Positions 49,164 through 58,037 of a DNA stretch of 64,000 bases are shown here, piece by piece. Below the pieces are notes generated by a model. The model had not been told where the DNA came from and did not search any database. It was given only the letters and a program-made list of their open reading frames with translations. The position numbers and the translations under genes were made by a program. This DNA comes from an uncultured Chloroflexia bacterium (GTDB lineage Bacteria; Chloroflexota; Limnocylindria; Limnocylindrales; CSP1-4). Within the stretch, counting starts at the first letter, position 1, and the number at the start of each line of letters is the position of its first letter. The stretch lies in the NCBI GenBank assembly GCA_963819655.1, contig CAWFXA010000002.1, positions 1,472,001 to 1,536,000 of the forward strand, written 5' to 3'.

Positions 49164-50757
49164 CGGCGTCCCCTGATCGCGCAAGTGGGAGCGTGATCCG
49201 GACCCTCGTTCCGGATCGGCCGTCGGCTCGATCGCCGACAGTCAGCTCCCCGCCATGCGCCTCGACCAGGCGCCGGCAGATGAAGAGCCCCAGGCCGGTC
49301 CCCGGGATTCGCGATTCGCGCACGTTCCAGGCGCGATGGAACGGCTCGGTAACGAGCACGCGGTCCGCCTCGGGGATGCCAATGCCTTCGTCGTCGACGG
49401 TGATAACAAGCCATGGCCTGGCGACCATCGCCCCAACGACCACAGGACTGCCGTCGGGCGCGTATTTGAGGGCGTTGCCGACCAGGTTTGCGAGGATCTG
49501 GCCCACCCGCGCGATGTCGACCTCGATCGTGGGCAGGTCATCGGCGGCGTCGACGACGAGACGCTCCTCCTGGCGCGTCATCGTGAGGTCTCCGCGCAGA
49601 CGGGCGACCAGCGCATCGAAAGTCGTGGCCCGGCGCTCGAGGATGAGCGGATCGGCTTGCAGGTGGGTCACGTCGAGGACCTGGTCGACGAGGGCGGCCA
49701 GCCGGGTTGTCGCGTCGTCGATCCGCTCGACGTAGGCGCGCTGTTGCTCGGGCTCGAGCGGTAGGTGGAGTAGCGTCTCCGCGTAGCCGCGGATGAGGGC
49801 GAGCGGCGTCCGCAGCTCATGGCTGACGGTCGCCACGAACCCTTCCCGGAGCTCCTCGAGGGCCTGCACGGCGCTCATGTCGCGAAGGATCGCGGTGGCC
49901 CGCGTGTCGCCCCCGTCGCTCGCGCCGGAGACCGTGACGGCATAGCTGCCCGCCACCCGGACGGGCGAGCCGGCCTGACCACGGACGGCGGATTCACGGT
50001 AGGCGATGGGGTCGCCACCGCGGCGCACCTCGGCAAGCGGGCAGTCGGCAAGCGTGTGCCCACCGGCGATCTCGCAGCCGAGGACGTCCCCGCAGCTCCG
50101 CCCGATGGCCGCCTCGGTTGTGGTGCCGAGCAGCCGCTCGCCGGCCGGGTTGAGTCGCACGACGCAGCCCTCCGCGTCGACCTGCAGGATGAGATCGGTG
50201 GCCCCTTCGACGATGGCGCCGAGCTCGTGGCGTTCGCGTTCGAGCGCCTGTCGCAACCGGGCGCCCTCGAACGCCACCACCAATTCGTGCCGGGCGAGGA
50301 GGGCGATCCGGAGGCCGTCCTCGTCGAGCTGCCGCCCAGCCGTTGGCCAGACAGCGAATGCCGCGCGCAGTGCCCCATCGCCGAGCGTGACGCCTCGCGC
50401 GCCCGGCCACGTGGCAGTCCAGGCCTGCAGCGCGTCGACGTCCGGGAAATCCGTCGGGACCGGGTTGCCGTTCGGAGCCCCCGTCACGGACACCAGGGTG
50501 ACGGAGCGCTCATCGGGGCCGCCGATCCACAACGCTCCGCCTGCGGCGTCCGCGAGCCGGATGAGCTCGAGCAGGACCGAACCGGAAAGCTCCCCGAGCG
50601 TCCCGCCGGTCGCGATCAGCTGGCTCAGCTGGTATTGCGCGAAGAGGGCGTCCGCCTCCCGCTGGGCGTCATCGAAGGCGCGTCGTCGGTCGCGCTCGAG
50701 TGCATCGATGCGGGCCAGGAGTCCGGCCGCGCCCGGCCGGGCCGTCGGGTCACCCAT
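49156..50757 (-). CDS. Soluble sensor histidine kinase (coiled coil, GAF-like, PAS, HisKA, HATPase)
   Basis: VSHELRTPL, NLVGNALKY, DEGIGI, GTGLGL; PAS (NPAGERLLG) with a C...C...H...CP motif; no TM segment. Confidence 0.92.
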   Translation of the reverse strand: MGDPTARPGAAGLLARIDALERDRRRAFDDAQREADALFAQYQLSQLIATGGTLGELSGSVLLELIRLADAAGGALWIGGPDERSVTLVSVTGAPNGNPVPTDFPDVDALQAWTATWPGARGVTLGDGALRAAFAVWPTAGRQLDEDGLRIALLARHELVVAFEGARLRQALERERHELGAIVEGATDLILQVDAEGCVVRLNPAGERLLGTTTEAAIGRSCGDVLGCEIAGGHTLADCPLAEVRRGGDPIAYRESAVRGQAGSPVRVAGSYAVTVSGASDGGDTRATAILRDMSAVQALEELREGFVATVSHELRTPLALIRGYAETLLHLPLEPEQQRAYVERIDDATTRLAALVDQVLDVTHLQADPLILERRATTFDALVARLRGDLTMTRQEERLVVDAADDLPTIEVDIARVGQILANLVGNALKYAPDGSPVVVGAMVARPWLVITVDDEGIGIPEADRVLVTEPFHRAWNVRESRIPGTGLGLFICRRLVEAHGGELTVGDRADGRSGTRVRITLPLARSGDADG

Positions 50758-51406
50758 CGGCGATCGCCCGCAGGAGAAGCGCACATGAGACGGCGCCGGG
50801 GTCGAGATGACCGATCGACCGATCGCCGAGGCGGAGCGCCAGACCGCGCCGGGCGACGAGTGACCGCGTGGATCTCATCCCCCTCGCTGCCGACCACACG
50901 GCGGCGGCCGTGGCGTGACCCGGGGATTCGCCGCGTGACGTCGCATCGACAAACGTGTCCGCTGCCGGCCGCAGCGCGTCGAGGATCGTCTTGTCGCCCA
51001 CCGTGCAGCGTCCACGGCGCGCCAGGCCCTCGGCGGCCGCCACGAGCATCGGCCCGAGCGCGGCCGGGTCGAGCGAAGGTGCATCGCCGGCGGTGACGCC
51101 CGCCTCGAGGAACGCGGTGCCATACAGCGGCCCGGACGCTCCGCCGACGGCCGCCACCAGTCGATGGCCGACGGCCCGGAGCAGCTCGCCGGGCGGCGTC
51201 TCTAGCGGCATGTCGTCGAGCATCGCCTCGACGGCCCGGAACCCGATGACGAGGTTGTCGCCGTGGTCGCCATCGCCCAGCACCGTGTCGAGCCGCGTCA
51301 GGTAGTCGGCGTGGCGTTCGACGACGACCCGGCATCGTCGGAGGGCCGCCCGGACAGCAGCCGCATCGATCACGTCGCGGGGCGTGGCGGATGGCGATGC
51401 GGACAC
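50750..51406 (-). CDS. dhaL: DhaL paralog (DAK2 domain) with altered GRASYLG loop
   Basis: LD..LGDGDHG.N, GGASGPLYG, GDKTILDAL, GHLDPGA; the loop reads RRGLALRLG. Confidence 0.87.
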   Translation of the reverse strand: MSASPSATPRDVIDAAAVRAALRRCRVVVERHADYLTRLDTVLGDGDHGDNLVIGFRAVEAMLDDMPLETPPGELLRAVGHRLVAAVGGASGPLYGTAFLEAGVTAGDAPSLDPAALGPMLVAAAEGLARRGRCTVGDKTILDALRPAADTFVDATSRGESPGHATAAAVWSAARGMRSTRSLVARRGLALRLGDRSIGHLDPGAVSCALLLRAIADG

Positions 51407-51501
51407 GGTCGGCCGACGATAGTCGGTCCGCTGGGCTCGGGCAACGCGACCACCGGGCCACACCAGCCTGCCCGCGCTCGCGTGGCGCCGTTCTGCGGAC
51501 C

Positions 51502-51531
51502 TCTTGATGCCATCTTGCTTTCTTCTTGATG
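51502..51531. promoter_or_regulatory. Three direct repeats at 11-bp period (putative OmpR-family binding site)
   Basis: TCTTGATG (51502), TCTTGCTT (51513) and TCTTGATG (51524) in the divergent intergenic region. Confidence 0.65.
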
Positions 51532-51602
51532 ACCTCCGGCAGAGCATCGCCTCCAACCAGCAACCCGGGTGCAACCCACCCAGCAGATGAAAGGAGGCGC
51601 GC

Positions 51603-52007
51603 TTGGTGGGCCTGATCCTCGTCTCCCACAGCGGCATGCTCGTCGACGGTCTGCGCGACATGGTCGCCCAGGTGGCCGGCGCCGACGTCCCCGTGGCGAC
51701 CGCCGGTGGGACCGAGGATGGACGCCTCGGCACCAGCGCTCCACGTATCGCCGAGGCCGTCCGCTTCGTCCTCGACCGCGCCGACGATGCAGTGGTGCTG
51801 CTCGACCTGGGCAGCGCCGCCTTGAGCCTCGAGCTTGCGCTCGAGGACCTGACCAGCACCGATCGACAACGGATCCGCGTCACTGAGGCGCCGCTCGTCG
51901 AGGGCGCGGTCCTCGCCGCGGTCCAGGCCAGCGTCGGCGCCACGATCGACGAAGTCGTTGCGGCGGCCGAGTCGGCCGCGACGATGCCCAAGCTGCCACG
52001 GACGTGA
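51603..52007 (+). CDS. dhaM: Dihydroxyacetone kinase phosphotransfer subunit DhaM (EIIA-Man-like)
   Basis: GLILVSHS, AGGT.DG.LGTS, LLDLGSA, APLVEGA; SD AGGAGG. Confidence 0.92.
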   Translation: MVGLILVSHSGMLVDGLRDMVAQVAGADVPVATAGGTEDGRLGTSAPRIAEAVRFVLDRADDAVVLLDLGSAALSLELALEDLTSTDRQRIRVTEAPLVEGAVLAAVQASVGATIDEVVAAAESAATMPKLPRT

Positions 52008-52279
52008 CGATGTCGGAGATCCGCCTCGTCGTCATCGACCCCGCCGGGCTCCACGCCCGGCCTGCCGCGCGGTTCGTCCAGGCGGCGACGCGTTTCACGA
52101 GTCGGATCGTCCTCCGTCAGGACGGTCGGGAAGCCGACGCGAAGAGCCTCATCGCCCTACTCGGGCTGACGATCCGACCGTCGTCCGAGATCACCCTCAC
52201 GGCCGATGGCCCTGATGCCGACGCCGCCCTGGCCGCCCTGCAGGCGGAGCTCGCCCCGTACGTCAGCCAGGCCGGCTGA
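52004..52279 (+). CDS. ptsH: HPr phosphocarrier protein
   Basis: GLHARPAA, ADAKSL, ADGPD. Confidence 0.93.
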   Translation: MTMSEIRLVVIDPAGLHARPAARFVQAATRFTSRIVLRQDGREADAKSLIALLGLTIRPSSEITLTADGPDADAALAALQAELAPYVSQAG

Positions 52280-52308
52280 CCCACCAGACTCCGAGGAGGT
52301 AGCACCGG

Positions 52309-53085
52309 ATGTCCCCGACCCTGCCCCAGAAGTTGACCGCCGAAGCCATCGGCACTGCGATCCTCGTCTTCATCGGCGCGGGCTCCGTGCCGCTCACCGT
52401 ATTCCTGACCGCTGGCGCCGGCGGCACCGGCATCGATGGCACCGCTGGTCTGTCGACCATCTCGTTCGCGTTCGCGTTCGCCATCTTCGCCGCGATCTAC
52501 TCGGTCGGCCACATCAGCGGATGCCACATCAACCCGGCCGTCACGATCGCGCTGCTGGCGACACGCAAGATCGACGCCGCGACCGCGGCCTCGTACATCG
52601 CTGCTCAGCTCGTCGGCGCGTTCATCGGTGCAGGGCTGACGTTCATCATCCTGACCGGCAACGACCCGCAGACCCTTGGGCTCGGCGCGGTCGGCGTCAA
52701 TGTGAATGCGGGCCTGCTCGTGGGATTCGCGGCCGAGGTCATCGGCACGGCGATCCTCGTGTTCACGGTCTTCGGGGCCGCAGTCAGCGGCAAGGCGCCG
52801 TCCGGTTTCGCCGGCCTCGCCATCGGGTTCATCGTGTACGGGATCATCATCCTCGTCGGCCCGATCACCGGTGCGGCGCTCAACCCGGCCCGCCAGATCG
52901 GACCCGACATCCTCGAGATGCTCATCGGCGGCGCAGCCCCGGCGTGGGATGCGCTGGCCCTCGTGTATATCGCCGGGCCGATCGTCGGCGGTCTTGTCGG
53001 CGGCTTCCTGTACGAGTTCATCGGACGCGAAGTGACCGCACCCGCTCGCTCGACGACCGTCGCTGAGGCCCGTGCCGAGGGGTAG
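52309..53085 (+). CDS. glpF: MIP-family channel (glycerol/DHA facilitator)
   Basis: [10 protein letters not shown] and LNPAR NPA motifs, six TM helices, dha-operon context. Confidence 0.85.
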   Translation: MSPTLPQKLTAEAIGTAILVFIGAGSVPLTVFLTAGAGGTGIDGTAGLSTISFAFAFAIFAAIYSVGHISGCHINPAVTIALLATRKIDAATAASYIAAQLVGAFIGAGLTFIILTGNDPQTLGLGAVGVNVNAGLLVGFAAEVIGTAILVFTVFGAAVSGKAPSGFAGLAIGFIVYGIIILVGPITGAALNPARQIGPDILEMLIGGAAPAWDALALVYIAGPIVGGLVGGFLYEFIGREVTAPARSTTVAEARAEG

Positions 53086-53144
53086 CCCCGACGCCCTGCC
53101 GATCGTTCGCGACTCCACAAACTGACCCGAGGAGGATCCATCCG

Positions 53145-54167
53145 ATGGCGACCAACACACCCACCCGGGTGAAGAAGCTCTTCAACGCGATCGAGGACAT
53201 CGTCCCTGAGAGCCTCCGTGGCCTCGAGGCGGCGCATCCCGACCTGGTCAAGGTGGACCTGAGCCAGAACCTCGTCCTCCGCGCCGGAGGGCCGAAGCAA
53301 GGCAAGGTCGCCCTGATCTCGGGCGGTGGGTCCGGTCACGAACCGATGCATGGCGGCTTCGTCGGCCTGGGCATGCTGGACGCGGCCGCAGCCGGCAATG
53401 TCTTCACGTCGCCCGTGCCGGACCAGATGGAGGCTGCGACCCGCGCCGTCGACGGCGGCGCTGGCGTGCTGCACATCGTCAAGAACTACACCGGCGACGT
53501 CCTGAACTTCCAGCTCGCGGCCGAGCTCGTCGGCGGCGACATCGAGGTGGCGACCGTCGTCACCAACGATGACGTCGCCGTCCAGGACTCGCTGTACACG
53601 GCCGGACGCCGTGGCGTCGGGGTCACGGTCCTCCTCGAGAAGATCGCCGGCGCCCATGCCGAGGCCGGCGGGTCGCTCGCCGACGTGGCGGCGACGGCCA
53701 CCAAGGTCAACGACCAGGGCAAGTCGATGGGTCTCGCGCTGACATCGTGCGTCGTCCCCGCCGCGGGCACGCCGACGTTCGACCTGCCCGACGACGAGGT
53801 CGAGGTCGGTATCGGCATCCACGGCGAGCCGGGCCGCCGCCGCGAGAAGCTGGCGCCCGTCGATGACATGGCCGAGTGGCTGGTCGCGCCGATCGTCTCC
53901 GATCTTGGACTCAGCCGCGGCGATACGGTGCTTGCATTCGTCAACGGCATGGGCGGCACGCCGCTCATCGAGCTCTACGTGGCGTTCAACAGCGTCGCGA
54001 AGATCCTCGGCGGGCAGGGCATCTCGATCGGGCGCTCGCTCGTCGGGAACTACATCACCAGCCTCGAGATGGCCGGGTTCTCGGTGACCCTGCTGCGGCT
54101 CGACGATGAGCTCACCCGATGGTGGGATGCCCCGGTGCACACACCGGCCCTACGCTGGAAGGTCTGA
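53145..54167 (+). CDS. dhaK: Dihydroxyacetone kinase substrate-binding subunit
   Basis: [43 protein letters not shown]. Confidence 0.96.
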   Translation: MATNTPTRVKKLFNAIEDIVPESLRGLEAAHPDLVKVDLSQNLVLRAGGPKQGKVALISGGGSGHEPMHGGFVGLGMLDAAAAGNVFTSPVPDQMEAATRAVDGGAGVLHIVKNYTGDVLNFQLAAELVGGDIEVATVVTNDDVAVQDSLYTAGRRGVGVTVLLEKIAGAHAEAGGSLADVAATATKVNDQGKSMGLALTSCVVPAAGTPTFDLPDDEVEVGIGIHGEPGRRREKLAPVDDMAEWLVAPIVSDLGLSRGDTVLAFVNGMGGTPLIELYVAFNSVAKILGGQGISIGRSLVGNYITSLEMAGFSVTLLRLDDELTRWWDAPVHTPALRWKV

Positions 54168-54185
54168 CAGACCCGCTCGACGCGA

Positions 54186-54224
54186 GCGGCCGCCGCACCG
54201 TCCTCCCTCAGGTGCGGCGGCCGC
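54186..54224 (+). terminator. 14-bp GC stem-loop between dhaK and dhaL
   Basis: GCGGCCGCCGCACC-N11-GGTGCGGCGGCCGC; no U-tract; a TAGACT -10-like hexamer follows at 54265. Confidence 0.45.
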
Positions 54225-54303
54225 CGCCAAACCCGCATACCTTTCACGCGTTCGCGCCGCCTTCTAGACTCGGGCGCGACCGCCGCCGTCAAGGGATCCA
54301 TCC

Positions 54304-54954
54304 ATGATCGACGTCATCGATGCCTGGCTCCGCCTGGCCGCCACTCGCCTGCACGATCAGGCAGCGATCCTGACCAAGCTCGATCAGGCCATCGGCGATG
54401 GGGACCACGGCACCAACATGGACCGCGGGTTTAGCGCGATCGTCACGATGCTCGACAGCGAACCGCCTGCGGGCGACGGCCAACTGGCCGTCGGCGGCGC
54501 ACGTCTGCGGACTGCCGGGCGGACGCTGATCAGCACCGTCGGCGGCGCCGCCGGACCGCTCTATGGCACCGCGTTCATGCGCGCCGGCGGGGCCATCGCC
54601 GCCTTGCCCGAAAAAACGCCCGGCAGCGTGGCCCTGGTCGCCGGTCTCGATGCGGCGATCGGCGGGGTCCAGTCGCTCGGCAAGGGCGTGGCCGGCGAGA
54701 AGACCATGCTCGATGCATTGCTGCCCGCCCTCGCTGCCGGACGCGAGGCGTCCGACGCGGGCGACGACCCAGGCGCCCTGGTCCATTCCATGGCGGATGC
54801 CGCCGAAGCCGGGGCGGCCGCCACGATCCCGATGCTCGCCACCAAGGGTCGCGCGTCCTACCTGGGCGAGCGTTCGATCGGGCATCAGGACCCGGGAGCC
54901 ACCTCTGCCGCGCTCCTGTTGCGGGCGTTGGCCGATGTCGCCGGGGGCGAGTGA
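54304..54954 (+). CDS. dhaL: Dihydroxyacetone kinase ADP-binding subunit
   Basis: LDQAIGDGDHGTNM.RGF, GPLYG, GEKTMLDAL, canonical ATKGRASYLGERS.GHQDPGA. Confidence 0.95.
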   Translation: MIDVIDAWLRLAATRLHDQAAILTKLDQAIGDGDHGTNMDRGFSAIVTMLDSEPPAGDGQLAVGGARLRTAGRTLISTVGGAAGPLYGTAFMRAGGAIAALPEKTPGSVALVAGLDAAIGGVQSLGKGVAGEKTMLDALLPALAAGREASDAGDDPGALVHSMADAAEAGAAATIPMLATKGRASYLGERSIGHQDPGATSAALLLRALADVAGGE

Positions 54955-54958
54955 TCCG

Positions 54959-56758
54959 ATGGAGCGAACGGTGGCGCGGACCGTGGCCCGAGCCCGAGCC
55001 CGAGCCGCGACCGGGGCCTGGACGCCTGGCCCGGTGCTCGTCGGTCGGCCCGGTGCGCCGGGTGTCGGGGTCGGGCGTGCCCTGGTCGTCGAGCCGCCTG
55101 GTGGCGGGGGCTCAGGCGCGGCCGGGGTGGGCGCGAGCCCGATCGGCGCGGACGCCGTGGGCGTGCCCGCCGTGGGCGTGCCCGCCGATCCCGCAGCGGA
55201 GGCCGACCGACTCCGGGCGGCGCTCGAGAGGGCCGCCACAGAGCTGACGGACCTCGCCGATGAGACGACGACGCGTGCCGGTGAGGACGTCGGGGCGATC
55301 TTCGTGGCGCAAGCCCTGTTCGCGCGTGATCCGGGAATCGTGGATCCGACGCTCGACGAGATCTCGGCCGGCATCCCGGCCGCGGACGCGATCATCAGCG
55401 TGACGGCCCGGCATGCCGACAGCCTGGCCGGTGTCGACGACGACTACTTTCGGGAGCGCGCCGCCGACGTGCGCGACATCGGCCGACGGGTCGCCGCGCT
55501 CCTTCGCGGTGAACGACGTCCGGACCTGTGGCACGCGGACGGTCATCCGGCAGTGCTGATCGCCGCCGACCTCGATCCATCGGTGGTCGCGTCCCTGCGT
55601 CGAGAGCTTGTCGCAGGCATCGCGACGGCGGGTGGGACATCGACCGGCCATGCGGCGATCGTCGCGCGTGCACTCGGCATCCCGCTCGTCCTCGGGCTCG
55701 GCGAAGGGATCTCGGCCGTGTCGAATGGCATCGAAGTGGCGGTCGAAGGATCGACCGGCCGACTTCTCGTTGATCCCGGGCCGGAAACCCTGGCAGCGCT
55801 CCGATCGGCTGCGACCTCAGCGCCGGTGGCCGGCGCAGACCGCGCGTCCACGCACGGCGTGGCGGTCATGGCCAACGTCTCGTCGCCCCTCGAGGCGGCG
55901 GCCGCCGGCCAGGCCGAGGCAGACGGCATCGGACTCGTCCGGACAGAGCTCCTGTTCCTGGGTCGACACACGCCCCCGACCGTCGATGAACAGCGAGCGA
56001 CCTACGCGCACATCCGAGCCAAGTTCGGCGATCGGCCGATCGTGTTCCGAACGCTTGACGTCGGTGGCGACAAGCCGGCGTCGTGGCAGCACGGGCCTGC
56101 CGAGACGAATCCCGCCCTGGGAGTGCGAGGCGTCCGACTCGGTCAGCGTCAGCCCGACCTGCTCGACGATCAGCTCCGCGCGCTCGTCGAGGCGGCGAGC
56201 GAGGACGAGCTGCGGGTCATGGTCCCGATGGTCGCGACTCGCGAGGAGCTCGACGATGTGAGATCGCGGCTCGACGCGGTCGTCACAACCGTTTCCGCCT
56301 CGACCGGCGTCCGTCCGCGGGCGATACGGCTCGGGGTCATGATCGAGGTGCCTGCCGCGGCGGTCATGGCTGACGTGTTCGCGGAAGCGGCGGACTTTCT
56401 GTCGATCGGGACCAACGACCTTGTCCAGTACGTGCTCGCGGCCGACCGGACAAATCCCGACCTCGGTGATCTCGCTTCACCCCTGCAACCGGCGATCTTG
56501 CGGCTGATCGACAGCGTGGTCCAGGCGGCGCGCCTCCACGGACGACACGTCGCCGTCTGCGGGGAGGCGGCTGGGGATCCCGCGGTCGTGCCGCTGCTCC
56601 TTGGGCTGGGCGTGGAGGAGCTGAGCGTTACCCCTGCGGCGATCGCATCTGTTCGCAGCACGCTTGCCGGGCTAGACCCATCCGTTTGCGAGGCCCTCGC
56701 CAAGCGTGCCCTGAGCGCCCGGTCGCTGGCCGAGGTGCGGGCGCTGCTCGAGGGCTAG
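54959..56758 (+). CDS. ptsI: PEP-protein phosphotransferase (PTS enzyme I)
   Basis: ERAADVRD, GHAAIVARALGIP, GIGLVRTE, RTLDVGGDK, MIEVPAA, SIGTNDL.QY, VCGE. Confidence 0.93.
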   Translation: MERTVARTVARARARAATGAWTPGPVLVGRPGAPGVGVGRALVVEPPGGGGSGAAGVGASPIGADAVGVPAVGVPADPAAEADRLRAALERAATELTDLADETTTRAGEDVGAIFVAQALFARDPGIVDPTLDEISAGIPAADAIISVTARHADSLAGVDDDYFRERAADVRDIGRRVAALLRGERRPDLWHADGHPAVLIAADLDPSVVASLRRELVAGIATAGGTSTGHAAIVARALGIPLVLGLGEGISAVSNGIEVAVEGSTGRLLVDPGPETLAALRSAATSAPVAGADRASTHGVAVMANVSSPLEAAAAGQAEADGIGLVRTELLFLGRHTPPTVDEQRATYAHIRAKFGDRPIVFRTLDVGGDKPASWQHGPAETNPALGVRGVRLGQRQPDLLDDQLRALVEAASEDELRVMVPMVATREELDDVRSRLDAVVTTVSASTGVRPRAIRLGVMIEVPAAAVMADVFAEAADFLSIGTNDLVQYVLAADRTNPDLGDLASPLQPAILRLIDSVVQAARLHGRHVAVCGEAAGDPAVVPLLLGLGVEELSVTPAAIASVRSTLAGLDPSVCEALAKRALSARSLAEVRALLEG

Positions 56759-57531
56759 CGTCCGACCGTTACGCCCCGTGGCGGTCGATCGAGGATCGTG
56801 GCGAGGTCGCCGCGGACATCGGCCCAAAGGATTCCGTCGCCGGGCCAGGGCCGATCAGCCTCGGTGATCGCCCGGAAGACGGCGCGGGCGGGTGCCGGAT
56901 AGGCGGCAGCGAGGGTCGCACCAAACCTCGTTGCGATCTCGCGGTTCGAACGGGTCGAGCGGACGACCAGCAGGCGATCGATGCTCGGCGTATCGCCCAT
57001 CCGATCCCAGAACGGCGCTGACGGGAGCGCGAGCGCCTTTTCGTTCGCCCATCGGATGAGCTGTTCGAGCCGTCGCAGCTCCGACTGGATCTCGGTGCAG
57101 ATCGCGACCGTCGGGGGTCGATCGAGCAGCACCAGATCGATGAATCCGCGGGCCGGTCGAACGACGGGAACTTCGAGCATTCGATCCCAGCGTGGGTTCA
57201 GGATGCGTAGCAATGCTTCCCCGATCCGCGCCTGGATCGGATCTCGAAGGCGCGGGCCGGCGCCCGGAAACAGGCGAATGCTGGCGTCAGCTCCGAGCGC
57301 GGTCGCGATTGCCGTCAGTGCAGTGATGCTTGGCTCTCGCAGGCCGCGCTCGATCAGTGAAAGGAAGCCGTGGTCGATACCCGCTGCGACCGACAACTCG
57401 CGCTGTGTGGCGCCCGAGTCTTCGCGCATCTGTCGGATGTCCGCACCGATCCGGATGCGGAGGTCCCTTGCCCGCCGGCCCACAAGCGTCTGCGATGTGC
57501 GGCGCGGTCGAACGATCCGTGGCGTCGACAT
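56755..57531 (-). CDS. XRE-family HTH protein with C-terminal PD-(D/E)XK-like domain
   Basis: HTH (TQRELS.AAGI....LS.IERG..EPS), then LRD..Q, LEVP..GFIDLVL..TEIQS..K, LLVV..T..NR; homologous to 7617-8288. Confidence 0.78.
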   Translation of the reverse strand: MSTPRIVRPRRTSQTLVGRRARDLRIRIGADIRQMREDSGATQRELSVAAGIDHGFLSLIERGLREPSITALTAIATALGADASIRLFPGAGPRLRDPIQARIGEALLRILNPRWDRMLEVPVVRPARGFIDLVLLDRPPTVAICTEIQSELRRLEQLIRWANEKALALPSAPFWDRMGDTPSIDRLLVVRSTRSNREIATRFGATLAAAYPAPARAVFRAITEADRPWPGDGILWADVRGDLATILDRPPRGVTVGR

Positions 57532-57620
57532 GAGCCTGATTTGATCAGGTGGCGCTCAACGGCGGCTTATCTGACGCGACGAATAGCGCCACGCGGGCTT
57601 GCGGCTGCTGACATTCGGCT

Positions 57621-57938
57621 GCTGACCGTCGGTCAACGTTTCCGGCGTGGAGCGGGTCTTTACGGTGCGAGGTCGCATGTTTGTTGACCGTCAGACACCA
57701 TCGAGCCAGCGACCACCTGCTGTGCTGACCGTCGGTCAACGCGTGAGCGGGGTGAGGCGAGTCGGGCGTCGGGTGCGCACCCACGCGCCGCAAAACGTTG
57801 ACCGTCGGTCAGCAGGGCCGGGAGTAGAGGGCGCTCCTCAGGCCAGACGACGCCAAATCGTTGACCGTCGGTCAGCAGGGTCGGGGCGTAGCACGCGATC
57901 TCGGGGCTGGACGACTCAACCGTTGACCGTCGGTCAAC
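57621..57938. repeat. Array of six 17-bp palindromes GYTGACCGTCGGTCARC with unique spacers
   Basis: Copies at 57621, 57683 (degenerate), 57724, 57797, 57860 and 57922; start-to-start distances 62, 41, 73, 63, 62. Confidence 0.9.
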
Positions 57939-58037
57939 AGCGCGGCGCAAATGGACTGGTGGCCCTGCGTGCGGCCCCGCCACCGCGGTACCGAACGGAT
58001 GGTCTAAATAGGGCTCACGGCCTATACTCGCTTGTCC

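Noticed and set aside
54960-55190. Short repeats (GCCCGA x3; GCCGTGGGCGTGCCC x2) at the ptsI 5' end as a phase-variation tract
   Set aside because: Unit lengths are multiples of three and copy number is low, so this is more likely a low-complexity linker.
57621-57938. CRISPR array
   Set aside because: The repeats are only ~17-22 bp, spacers vary from about 24 to 56 bp, flank orientation flips, and there are no cas genes in the window. Kept as a non-CRISPR repeat finding.
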